From Clostridia bacterium (GTDB taxonomy: Bacteria > Bacillota > Clostridia > Christensenellales > CAG-138), in NCBI GenBank assembly GCA_017545535.1, contig JAFWMS010000021.1:129399-193398 (forward strand): a stretch of DNA of 64,000 nt, given 5' to 3'. The notes under the pieces are model-generated. The model ran no database searches, had not been told where the DNA came from, and saw only the letters and a program-made list of their open reading frames with translations. Each line of letters opens with the position of its first letter. The stretch's first letter is position 1. Both the position numbers and the translations under genes were made by a program. Shown here in pieces: positions 1 to 9,859 of this stretch.

Positions 1-931
1 CGTCCAGCTCCAGCTCCGCGCCGCTGAGCACGAAGAACAGGGCGAACAGAGGCGCTGTCCATTTGTCGGCCCGTTCCATAAGATCGTGGGACAGGGGGCA
101 GATATTGCAGAACACCGTGCCCAGCATCATACACACCAAAAGGGTGGAGAAGGAGATCTTCACCTGGCCGATGTGGAAGGAGACCATGGACAGGGCCACC
201 GTCAGCACCACGAAGGCGATGGTCAGGGACAGACGGTTGGAGTTGGAGAAGAAGGTCCTCTCCAGCATGGTCAGCACCCAGCCCATGACGGCGCCCAGCG
301 CCAGGGAGGCGACGATCTCGATGAGGGGCTCCACCACGATGCCGAGCATGTCCGTTTGCCCGGTGACCAGGGAATCGGCGATGCCGAAGGAAATGGCGAA
401 CACGGCGAGGCCCACGGCATCGTCCAATGCCACCACGGGCAGCAGGATATCGGTGAGCTTGCCCTTGGCCTTATACTGGCGCACGACCATCAACGTGGCC
501 GCCGGCGCGGTGGCGGCGGCGATGGCGCCCAACACGATGGTTGCCTCAATGGAGATCTTGTTGGGCATGATAAAGTGCAGGCCGATCAAGGCCAAATCCA
601 CGAACAACGTGGCGGCCAACGCCTGAAAGATGCCCACGATCACCGCCTGTTTACCGATGGCTTTGAGCTGGGAAAGCAAAAACTCGTTGCCGATGGAAAA
701 GGCGATGAACCCAAGGGCGGTGTTCGTGATCACGGACAGGCCCTCCACCTCCTCCGGGGTGGTGAAGCCGATCCCCTCGATGCCCAGCTGCCCCAGGCAA
801 TGGGGGCCGACGATCAGACCGGCAATCAAAAACGCGGTCACGTCCGGCAGGTGCAGCTTCATGAGCTTGAACACCCGCGTCATCAGCAGGCCGATGAGCA
901 AAGACAGGGCCGCTGCCAGCATGGTTTGCAT
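1..931 (-). CDS. cation:proton antiporter (Na+/H+ exchanger, CPA family), 5' part only; continues beyond window start
   Basis: Not in the ORF track because there is no stop in the window. My minus-strand translation from the ATG at 931 reads MQTMLAAAALSLLIGLLMTRVFKLMKLHLPDVTAFLIAGLIVGPHCLGQLG...VRQYKAKGKLTDILLPVVALDDAVGLAVF... and stays open to position 1. Multi-TM profile of Na_H exchanger proteins. GGGAGG lies 8 nt upstream. Confidence 0.85.
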   Translation of the reverse strand, partial: MQTMLAAALSLLIGLLMTRVFKLMKLHLPDVTAFLIAGLIVGPHCLGQLGIEGIGFTTPEEVEGLSVITNTALGFIAFSIGNEFLLSQLKAIGKQAVIVGIFQALAATLFVDLALIGLHFIMPNKISIEATIVLGAIAAATAPAATLMVVRQYKAKGKLTDILLPVVALDDAVGLAVFAISFGIADSLVTGQTDMLGIVVEPLIEIVASLALGAVMGWVLTMLERTFFSNSNRLSLTIAFVVLTVALSMVSFHIGQVKISFSTLLVCMMLGTVFCNICPLSHDLMERADKWTAPLFALFFVLSGAELELD

Positions 932-961
932 AATAGATACCTCCCATTCGAACAAGGCTGT

Positions 962-989
962 ATCATAGCACAAAACAAAGGAAAGTCAA
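962..989 (-). promoter_or_regulatory. sigma-A type promoter of the antiporter gene
   Basis: The minus strand reads TTGACT-16 nt-TATGAT with a TGn extension (TGCTATGAT), about 30 nt upstream of the ATG at 931. Confidence 0.6.
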
Positions 990-1132
990 GGGTAGAATTA
1001 ACTAAAGCCGCGGCGCAAAGAACGGCCCCCAGAGAATTGCGTGTGAGCCGGGGTGGGATTTGACCCGGACTGCGGTCCGGGCCTTGGGCTGGGCTCTGAA
1101 GCCACACTGTGGCTTCATTCACTCCCCAGCCC

Positions 1133-1157
1133 GTTCAAATCTCCACTTTCTCCGCCA
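1133..1157 (+). repeat. inverted copy of the 3' end (T-loop, acceptor 3' strand, CCA) of the adjacent tRNA-Ser(GCU)
   Basis: GTTCAAATCTCCACTTTCTCCGCCA. Its reverse complement equals 1193-1216 (TGGCGGAGAAAGTGGGATTTGAAC) except for one extra A. Confidence 0.9.
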
Positions 1158-1192
1158 CAAAAAATTAGGGAGGGTATCAACCCTCCCTAATT
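1158..1192. terminator. bidirectional rho-independent terminator
   Basis: TTAGGGAGGG (1165-1174) / CCCTCCCTAA (1181-1190), loop TATCAA. An A-run precedes it and a T-run follows it. Confidence 0.8.
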
Positions 1193-1285
1193 TGGCGGAG
1201 AAAGTGGGATTTGAACCCACGCACCGGTCATCCCGGTCTACTCCCTTAGCAGGGGAGCCCCTTATAGCCACTTGGGTATTTCTCC
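1193..1285 (-). tRNA. tRNA-Ser (anticodon GCU), CCA encoded
   Basis: Reverse complement GGAGAAATACCCAAGTGGCTATAAGGGGCTCCCCTGCTAAGGGAGTAGACCGGGATGACCGGTGCGTGGGTTCAAATCCCACTTTCTCCGCCA. Anticodon arm CTCCC-CTGCTAA-GGGAG, long variable arm, GTGGG-TTCAAAT-CCCAC T-arm. Confidence 0.93.
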
Positions 1286-1290
1286 ATATA

Positions 1291-1378
1291 TGGCGGAGAT
1301 GGTAGGATTCGAACCCACGGGCACTTGCATGCCGACGGTTTTCAAGACCGCTTCCTTAGACCACTCGGACACATCTCC
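1291..1378 (-). tRNA. tRNA-Ser (anticodon UGA), CCA encoded
   Basis: Reverse complement GGAGATGTGTCCGAGTGGTCTAAGGAAGCGGTCTTGAAAACCGTCGGCATGCAAGTGCCCGTGGGTTCGAATCCTACCATCTCCGCCA. Anticodon loop CTTGAAA, long variable arm. Confidence 0.93.
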
Positions 1379-1413
1379 GTGTTTTCGATGCTCCCCGCTT
1401 CCGTCCGAAGGGA

Positions 1414-1442
1414 AGTATACCAAACCGTTTCTGAAATGTCAA
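1414..1442 (-). promoter_or_regulatory. sigma-A type promoter of the two-gene tRNA-Ser operon
   Basis: The minus strand reads TTGACA (1442-1437)-17 nt-TATACT (1419-1414), about 35 nt upstream of the tRNA-Ser(UGA) 5' end. Confidence 0.7.
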
Positions 1443-1464
1443 TGCCTTTTCCGGGAAGGCCTCT

Positions 1465-2301
1465 TCAGTATTCGTCCACGCAGAATCGGGGCGCGCCGCT
1501 TGCCTCCAGAGCCGTCCAGATGTCCTCATCGGCCAGCATCACGTTCTGCACCCGAATCTTCCCCGCCGCCTCAACGTCCGGAGGAAGCTTCGCGCCGACT
1601 TCCCGCCCATTGGCCAGCCGGGAAAGTTCATGGAGCAGGGGTCCGTAGGCCCCGAGGCTCAGCACCTCCTCGCCGAATACGTCCGCCTTGTCGAAGCAGA
1701 CGGCATACCCTGTGGCATGCCCTCCCTGATCCAGCATAAAGCCCTTCGCCCCGTCCGCGCGGTAATCCTCCATCTTCAGATGAAAAGCGTCCCGATCCCG
1801 CAAAACGAAGCCGTCATATTTCTCAGCGATCCGCCGGTAGACAGAAAAAGCCTCCTCCTCCGAAAAGGGCACTATCTTTCCGGCTGAAAAGGTCTCCTCC
1901 CCCTGCCAATAACTGGTGCAGGTGCTGGGACGGAACCCCAGTCGGGCGTAGGCGCCGAGCCGCTGGGGGTGGTTGAACAGGGCGCGGACGCCCCGTTCCC
2001 TCGCCTGATCCCGCAAAAAGGTCATGGTCCGGTGCATGTATCCCTTCCCCCATTCCTGGGGCAGCGTAGCCACCCCTGAGGTCATGAGGGCCGAAAAGGA
2101 AGCTTTCCCCAGGGAAAGCTCCATGGGCCAGCCGTGGATCACGGAGACAAGCCTGTCCCCGTCAAAGGTTCCTGCGGACCATTCCGGACGGTATCTGTTT
2201 TCAAAAAACCAATCCACGAAAGCGGGCGGATCATTGAAGCAGGTCTGCCACAGGGCCTTGGCCTGGTCCCTGTCCCCCTCTGTCAGCGGTCGATAGTTCA
2301 T
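1465..2301 (-). CDS. GNAT family N-acetyltransferase (Eis-like, with C-terminal extension)
   Basis: ORF 1465..2499, trimmed to the internal ATG at 2301 (MNYRPLTEGDRDQAKALWQTCFNDPPAFVDWF...). The upstream part of the ORF overlaps the SEDS gene. The start overlaps the upstream stop as ATGA. LPQEWGKGYMHRTM is an acetyl-CoA-site-like motif. Confidence 0.75.
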   Translation of the reverse strand: MNYRPLTEGDRDQAKALWQTCFNDPPAFVDWFFENRYRPEWSAGTFDGDRLVSVIHGWPMELSLGKASFSALMTSGVATLPQEWGKGYMHRTMTFLRDQARERGVRALFNHPQRLGAYARLGFRPSTCTSYWQGEETFSAGKIVPFSEEEAFSVYRRIAEKYDGFVLRDRDAFHLKMEDYRADGAKGFMLDQGGHATGYAVCFDKADVFGEEVLSLGAYGPLLHELSRLANGREVGAKLPPDVEAAGKIRVQNVMLADEDIWTALEASGAPRFCVDEY

Positions 2302-3467
2302 GTGATCTGCCCCCGATTGATGGCACGATAGTTCACCGAAAGGACCATGGCGATCGTGACCAGAGTGGCCATCATGTTGCTGCCGCCATAGCTGATGAGG
2401 GGCAGCGGAATGCCGGTCACGGGCATGAGCCCCATGCTCATACCGATGTTTTCGAACACGTGGAACCCCAGCATAGCCACCGCGCCTGCGCATAGGCACC
2501 GGCCGAACATGTCCTTGGATCGCCTCGCCACCATCAGGATCCGAAGCATCAGCAGGAAGAACAGCAGGATCAGGATGACCGCTCCCACGAATCCCAGACC
2601 CTCACCGATGCTGGAGAAGATAAAGTCCGTCTGCCGCTCCGGCACGTACTTCTTTTGGGACAGAGTCCCGGGGGTAAAGTAGCCCTTCCCCCACATGCCA
2701 CCGGAGCCCACCAGCTCCTTGGAGTGGAGCACGTTGTAACCGTCCCCCTCCAGATCCAGCGTCGGGTCCAAAAACACCCGGATGCGGGCCTTCTGGTCCT
2801 TGTCCAGCAGATACCGGTAGATGAGGGGCAAGCTCAAAACCGTTGCACCGCCGCCAAAGATGATATAGAGCCAGCTGATCCGGGCGGCAAAGAGCACGCC
2901 GATGAAGATAGCCGCGAAGACCATGGCCGTGCCATAGTCCGGCTGCCGCATGACCAACACGAAAGGCACTGCGAAAATGAGCACCGCCTGGAACACGTCC
3001 CAGAAGTTGTTGAAATGGCCTCGCCGGTCGTAGGCTTCGGAGACGAACTTGGAGAGGGCCACCAGCAGCACCACCTTGGCGATCTCGGAGGGCTGAAAGG
3101 AGCGGGAGGTGCCGATCTTGTACCAGCCGAACACGCCCCGGGTGTTCACCTTGACCACCAGCAGCAGCACCAGAAGGACACAGGTCACCAGATACACCAT
3201 CTTCACGAAGGGCTTGTACTTATCGTAATCAAGGAAAGCGATGGGCACCGCCACAACAAGGGAGAGCAGGATGCTCACCAGCTGCCGGTTGAAGTATTCC
3301 AGGTTCAGACGACTCAAGAAGCCCTCCAGGCCCACCTCCGTGCCGTCAAAGGGGTCGGACATCACGTTCAAAAGGGTCACAAGGCCAAAAAGGAGCAGGA
3401 TCGTCACCAAGGCGATGATGACGAAGTCTACTCCCTTTGTTTGCTTGGTCTTGCCGGGTTTTGTCAT
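2298..3467 (-). CDS. FtsW/RodA/SpoVE (SEDS) family peptidoglycan glycosyltransferase
   Basis: 389 aa with about 10 TM segments. C-terminal GMSMGLMPVTGIPLPLISYGGSNMMATL is a SEDS signature. Confidence 0.9.
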   Translation of the reverse strand: MTKPGKTKQTKGVDFVIIALVTILLLFGLVTLLNVMSDPFDGTEVGLEGFLSRLNLEYFNRQLVSILLSLVVAVPIAFLDYDKYKPFVKMVYLVTCVLLVLLLVVKVNTRGVFGWYKIGTSRSFQPSEIAKVVLLVALSKFVSEAYDRRGHFNNFWDVFQAVLIFAVPFVLVMRQPDYGTAMVFAAIFIGVLFAARISWLYIIFGGGATVLSLPLIYRYLLDKDQKARIRVFLDPTLDLEGDGYNVLHSKELVGSGGMWGKGYFTPGTLSQKKYVPERQTDFIFSSIGEGLGFVGAVILILLFFLLMLRILMVARRSKDMFGRCLCAGAVAMLGFHVFENIGMSMGLMPVTGIPLPLISYGGSNMMATLVTIAMVLSVNYRAINRGQIT

Positions 3468-4886
3468 TTAGAGGATGTACGCCGGATCCTCTGCCGGACG
3501 GGCCGCCAGCTCCGCCCGCTTCTCGTCGAAGCCGGGCTTGCCGAGCAGGGCATAGGTGGCCTTCTTCCCCTCCTCCACGCCAGGCTGGTCGAAGGCGTCG
3601 ATACCCAGCAGTTCGCCGGCAACGGCGGTGGCGACTTCCAGCATGTACAGGAGCTCGCCCACCGTGAAGGGGTTCACCTCGGGCAGAGTGATGGTATAGT
3701 TCACATGTCCGCTCTTGGTCAGGGCATAGGCCGTGGCCGCCTGCTCCGCGGCGATAAGCTCGTTATGGGTGTGACCGGAAAGGAAATGGACGTCGGGGAT
3801 ATCGGCGTACCCCTCGGGGATGTTGGTCACGGTGCGGTACTTCTCCACCGCAAGGAAAGTGACCACCTTGTCGAAGGGGCCTTCGGTATACAGCTGGACC
3901 TGGGAATGCTGATCCGTGACGCCCAGCGCCTTCACCGGGGTCTGGCCCGCGTGCTTGACGCTGCCGTCCAGGGCGAACTTCTTGCCCAAAGACTCGGCCC
4001 ACAGCTGGGCGTACCAGTCGGAGATATACTTGAGGGAATCAGCATAGGGCATCATCACGTGGATGTTCATGCCCCGATCCATGGCGACCTTCTGGAGGGC
4101 GGCCAGGACGCAGGCGGGGTTTTTGAGCAGATCCTCGCTCTTCGTCAGCTCGTCCATGTAGGCGGCGCCGGCCAACAGCTCCCGAATGTCGATGCCGCAG
4201 ACGGCGGCGGCCAGCAGGCCCACCGGGCACAGCTCGGAGAAACGACCGCCCACGCCGTCAGGCACGATGAAGGTGGTGAGGTTTTCCTGTTTGGCGATCT
4301 TGATCAGGTTCCCCTTGGCCTTGTCCGTGGTGGCGATCAAATGACGGGAGATGTCCTCGCCCACCGTCTTTTTCAACAGGTCCACGGCGATGAGCAGCTG
4401 AGACATGGTCTCGGAGGTACTGCCGGACTTGGTGATCACGTTGAACACAGTCTTCTTAAGGTCGATCACGTCCAAGAGCGCAGCGAACCGCTCCGGGTCC
4501 ACGTTGTCCAGCACGTACAGCCGGGGACCGCCCCGCTTCTCCTTGGGGAGCTCGTTGTAATTGAGGTGCCGCAGGGCCTGATGGACGGCGATGGGACCGA
4601 GGGCGCTGCCGCCGATGCCCAGCACCACAAAGGCGTCCGCCTCCTCACGGACCCAAGCGGCGGTCTCTTCGATCTTCGCGACCACCTCGGCCTGATCGTG
4701 AGGCAGCTCCATCCACTTGAGCTGGTCCCGCTTCGCCTTCACGGCAGCAAGCGCGCTCTTGAGGGGCAAGTCCTTGATCTCCTCCGCCGTAAAACCGTCG
4801 GGCACTAAAGCGCTCTTCATCATGTTATTGTAGTTGATCTTCAGGCGCATGCCCTGACGCCACGCCGCATTCTCATACTCTTTCAT
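3468..4886 (-). CDS. pgi: glucose-6-phosphate isomerase
   Basis: 472 aa with GIGGSALGP and ITKSGSTSET (SIS/PGI motifs). GGGGAGG RBS upstream. Confidence 0.9.
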   Translation of the reverse strand: MKEYENAAWRQGMRLKINYNNMMKSALVPDGFTAEEIKDLPLKSALAAVKAKRDQLKWMELPHDQAEVVAKIEETAAWVREEADAFVVLGIGGSALGPIAVHQALRHLNYNELPKEKRGGPRLYVLDNVDPERFAALLDVIDLKKTVFNVITKSGSTSETMSQLLIAVDLLKKTVGEDISRHLIATTDKAKGNLIKIAKQENLTTFIVPDGVGGRFSELCPVGLLAAAVCGIDIRELLAGAAYMDELTKSEDLLKNPACVLAALQKVAMDRGMNIHVMMPYADSLKYISDWYAQLWAESLGKKFALDGSVKHAGQTPVKALGVTDQHSQVQLYTEGPFDKVVTFLAVEKYRTVTNIPEGYADIPDVHFLSGHTHNELIAAEQAATAYALTKSGHVNYTITLPEVNPFTVGELLYMLEVATAVAGELLGIDAFDQPGVEEGKKATYALLGKPGFDEKRAELAARPAEDPAYIL

Positions 4887-4901
4887 AAAAAAACCTCCCC
4901 A

Positions 4902-5723
4902 TTATTTTTCGCCCAAAGACGATAGTTTTGTTTTTATCGCTTCAAAGGAATCCCTGAGCTCGTCAGGGTCGGTATACATGTCGCTGTACACCTCGATGAA
5001 GGCCGGGCCCTTGTATCCCGCCCGGACCATGGCCTGACCGAGGGCCACGAAATCGCACTGCCCCTGCCCCGGCATCTTCAAGGACAGCTTCCCCTTCTCG
5101 TCGAAGGCGTAGTCGCACAGATGCCAATTCTCCAGATCCTCCCCCACCGCCTCCACGAAGGCGAAGGGGTCCTCTCCGGAACGGACGGCCTGCTTGATAT
5201 CCAGCACGAACTTCAGCCGGTGATCCCCCAGCCGTTCCTTCAATTCCCTTCCGAAGGCGGGCGCATGGAAAAAGCACCAGCTCACGTTCTCGAGACACAG
5301 CGTGATCCCATACTCCGCCGCCACGTCCAGCAGCTCCCGGAAGATGGGCGTGATCCGCTCGAACTCCAGATTCTTGGCTGTGCCGCCCAAATGGGGGGAT
5401 CCATGCATCACATAGTGGGTGGCCCCCAGTATCCTGCCGGCGTTGAGAGCCTGACGGTAGACGCTGAAGGCGTCCGCCTTTTGCCTGGGATGGATGGAGA
5501 AGAGCTGCGCCTCGAACTGGTTGCTCATGGGATGAACGCTGTATACCCTGAGCCCCGCATCGTCGATCCGCTTGCGCACCACCTCCACGAAATCGGGCCG
5601 ATACTCGCTGAAGGTATTCAAAAACACCTCCACGTCCCGGCAGCCCATGGCGGCAAGCATGGGCGGAGTATCCTCCACCATGGCCTTGTTGAATATGCTT
5701 GCTGTGGAAACGCCGACGATCAT
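4902..5723 (-). CDS. sugar phosphate isomerase/epimerase (xylose isomerase-like TIM barrel)
   Basis: ORF 4902..5768, trimmed to the ATG at 5723 (MIVGVSTASIFNK...). The TTG at 5768 lies inside the RNase P RNA 3' end. AGGAG lies just upstream of 5723. Confidence 0.7.
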   Translation of the reverse strand: MIVGVSTASIFNKAMVEDTPPMLAAMGCRDVEVFLNTFSEYRPDFVEVVRKRIDDAGLRVYSVHPMSNQFEAQLFSIHPRQKADAFSVYRQALNAGRILGATHYVMHGSPHLGGTAKNLEFERITPIFRELLDVAAEYGITLCLENVSWCFFHAPAFGRELKERLGDHRLKFVLDIKQAVRSGEDPFAFVEAVGEDLENWHLCDYAFDEKGKLSLKMPGQGQCDFVALGQAMVRAGYKGPAFIEVYSDMYTDPDELRDSFEAIKTKLSSLGEK

Positions 5724-5757
5724 ATCTCCTATTGACTGTCCACCCCAATACAAAATT

Positions 5758-6113
5758 GTAACGAGCAAGCAGTAAGCCGAGTTCTGTCATGGGCAAACGC
5801 CCACGGACGATTATCTATCTGAGGCCGTCGGTTGCCAGACGGCTCATGCGATTATCAGGAGCGCAGCGGGCCGCTGTTGAATGCTCCCATTCCAATCTTG
5901 CACCGGGTGGGGTTTACACAGCCGATCCGTCGCCGGATCGCTGGTGAGCTCTTACCTCGCCTTTCCATCCTTGCTCTCCCGAAGGAGGGCGGTAGCTTTC
6001 TGTTGCACTGTCCCTGATGTCGCCATCGCCGGGTGTTACCCGGCACCCTGCCCTGCGGTGCTCGGACTTTCCTCAGCCCTTTTGGGGCCGCAATCGTCTT
6101 GCTTACTCGTTAC
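5758..6113 (-). ncRNA. rnpB: RNase P RNA (bacterial type A)
   Basis: The reverse complement carries GAGGAAAGTCCG (6063-6074) and ACAGAACTCGGCTTAC (5772-5787). Terminal P1 pairing GTAACGAGTAAGCAAG / CTGCTTGCTCGTTAC joins the ends. About 356 nt. No credible CDS in the interval. Confidence 0.92.
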
Positions 6114-6119
6114 AAACCT

Positions 6120-6836
6120 TTACTTCTGATACAATATCCGGCCGCAATTCTCACATTCCATGATGGTGTCCTGTCCGTTCAGCTTCTTGATGACGGCCAT
6201 GGGCAAGGACATGTTGCAGCCGCTGCACTTCTCGTTCACCACCGGGACCACCGGCATGGAATGGTGGACCCGCGCTTTCTTATATTTCACCAGGAAGGTG
6301 GGATCCACCTGCCGCTCCACGGTGTCCATCTCCTTAGTGGCGGTGGTGATGTCCGCGGCGCTCTCCGCCTTCTCCACCTCGCACACCGCCTTGAGCCGGT
6401 CGTACTCCTTCTTGGCCTTACCGCCCAGGGAACGGGCTTTCTGGAACTCCTCCGTGGTCTTTTCCAACTGATCCAGCAAGCCCTTCACGTCCTTTTCAAG
6501 ACGGGCCATCTCCCGGCTCAGCCGCTCCACGTCTGTGCGGAACTCCGTCAGCTCCTCGGCCGTCACCTGGTCGTCCGCTTCCAGCGTTTCCATCTCGGAA
6601 TGGTTGAGCTCCAGCTCGTGAGACAGGCTCTCCTGCTGGGAGATGAGCTTAGCAAGGGCGTTCTTCTGCCCCTCCGCCTCCTCCGTGAGCCGCTGGATGG
6701 CGGCCTGCTGCTCCCGCAAAAGCTTGGTGATCTTGTTGAGTTTCTGGCGGCTTTCCGTGGTGCGGACCGCGTTCTCCAGCTGCTGCTTTTTAAGATCTGC
6801 CTTCTGGTACATGAGCAAGTATTCTAATTTCGTCAT
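6120..6836 (-). CDS. C4-type zinc-ribbon coiled-coil protein (COG1579/DUF164 type)
   Basis: 238 aa. Long coiled coil, then CSGCNMSLP...CENCGRILY. AAGGAGG RBS. Follows the Nif3 gene, as is usual for this family. Confidence 0.8.
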   Translation of the reverse strand: MTKLEYLLMYQKADLKKQQLENAVRTTESRQKLNKITKLLREQQAAIQRLTEEAEGQKNALAKLISQQESLSHELELNHSEMETLEADDQVTAEELTEFRTDVERLSREMARLEKDVKGLLDQLEKTTEEFQKARSLGGKAKKEYDRLKAVCEVEKAESAADITTATKEMDTVERQVDPTFLVKYKKARVHHSMPVVPVVNEKCSGCNMSLPMAVIKKLNGQDTIMECENCGRILYQK

Positions 6837-6850
6837 GGGGTAACCTCCTT

Positions 6851-7605
6851 TCAGGCGAACAGCAAGGGTGCCGTCTCCCGAAGCGTTATAGCATATTGTA
6901 CATCAGGCGCGAGGATTTGTAAACGGTTCAAAAGGGATTTGAGCACCACCCGCTCCGTTTCGTAATGGCCGCAAAGGATCAGGGGCAGATCGCTCTCCCG
7001 AGCCTCCAGGATCTGGTTGTGCTTCGCCTCCCCCGTCAGGTACGCCTCCGCCCCCGCGGCCTTGGCATAGGCGATGTCACCGCCGCCGGCGCCGCCCAGG
7101 ACCGCCACCCGGGAAACGAGCCTGTCCGGATCGCCCGTATAGGCGGGATGAGCGTTCAACACCTGTCCGCACCGTTCCGCCAGCGCGGAGAGCTTCATGG
7201 GCGCGGGGAGCTCTCCCACCCGTCCGATGTTCTCCGGCGGGATGGGCTGCACGTCGGACAGCTCCAAAAGCTCCGCCAGGGTATCGTTGACGCCGCCCGC
7301 CGCCGCATCCAGATTGGTGTGTGCCGCGAAGTGACCCACGCCGTGGCGAAGCAGCAATGCCGCCGCCCCGGTGATGGGCGAAGAAAAGCCGATGCTCTTC
7401 ACCCCGTGAAAGAACTGGGGATGATGGGTCACCAGCAGATCGGCCCCCAGATCAATCGCCTCCTGGGCCGTGACGGTGGTGCAATCGAGGGCCAGCAAAA
7501 CCTTCCGTATCTCTCTGTGGTCCGGCTCCACCAGCAGCCCCACGTTGTCGAACTCCAAGGCCAACTCCCGGGGCGCGATGGTCTCCATGACCCGACAAAA
7601 CTCCT

Positions 7606-7615
<10 letters not shown>
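6851..7615 (-). CDS. Nif3-like dinuclear metal centre protein (YqfO/YbgI family)
   Basis: 254 aa with LLVTHHPQFF and AHTNLD motifs. Lies downstream of trmK, as in Bacillus yqfN-yqfO. Confidence 0.85.
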
Positions 7616-9471
<1,856 letters not shown>

Positions 9472-9496
9472 TATGCTCTGTTGCGACGGGTCTTTC

Positions 9497-9697
9497 TCAG
9501 ACGCCACACCCACGGCCGATGGTGTTATTGCCGCCGCAGCCGCAGCCGAAGCTGTTGTCGTTGTCGCCGCAGTACCGGGACAGGAGCAGGAGCCAGATCA
9601 GCGTGTCGCAGCCGGCGCAGCCGTTTCCATTGTTCCCTTCGCCCAGGATGAGCAGGAGCACCAGGATCCACATCATGTTATTGCTGCCGAAGTTCAT
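9497..9697 (-). CDS. small Cys/Gly/Asn-rich hydrophobic protein (66 aa), function unknown
   Basis: [73 protein letters not shown] lies 8 nt upstream of the ATG. The only credible CDS in the interval. Confidence 0.7.
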   Translation of the reverse strand: MNFGSNNMMWILVLLLILGEGNNGNGCAGCDTLIWLLLLSRYCGDNDNSFGCGCGGNNTIGRGCGV

Positions 9698-9788
9698 GTA
9701 TCATTCCTCCTTCTTTCAGGCGATCGAGCCGCCCGTATACAACATACTACGTACTTCCGCGCCATTTTGTGCATCCAACGCCTTTTCC

Positions 9789-9816
9789 TTGACAAATCGG
9801 CTTTGCCGCATATAAT
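9789..9816 (+). promoter_or_regulatory. consensus sigma-A promoter of glyQS
   Basis: TTGACA (9789-9794)-16 nt-TATAAT (9811-9816), about 45 nt before the ATG. Confidence 0.75.
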
Positions 9817-9859
9817 GGAAAAGAAATACTATGCCCAAGCAAAAGAAGGAGGGCAAATC

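Noticed and set aside
1031-1157. Possible tRNA-Sec (selC) or other tRNA next to the tRNA-Ser genes, attractive because selD is in the window
   Set aside because: I could not build a cloverleaf on either strand. No 7-8-bp acceptor pairing exists. The CTTCAGA loop on the minus strand lacks a proper anticodon stem (3 of 5 pairs). The T-arm copies are broken. On the + strand the candidate would be 128 nt, which is too long.
2655-4808. 717-aa + strand ORF, the longest in this area
   Set aside because: It is antisense to rodA and pgi, both of which have clear family motifs. The product is low-complexity G/H/D/L/V/Q-rich with no RBS. This is the typical high-GC antisense artefact.
9473-9859. N-terminal extension of the glyQS ORF (592 aa in the track)
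   Set aside because: The extension overlaps the small minus-strand gene and the glyQS promoter. The conserved GlyRS N-terminus and a strong RBS are at 9860.
9698-9859. T-box riboswitch upstream of glyQS (and likewise upstream of cysS)
   Set aside because: The leaders are only about 45 nt and 90 nt from consensus promoters. They have no specifier-loop architecture and no T-box sequence.
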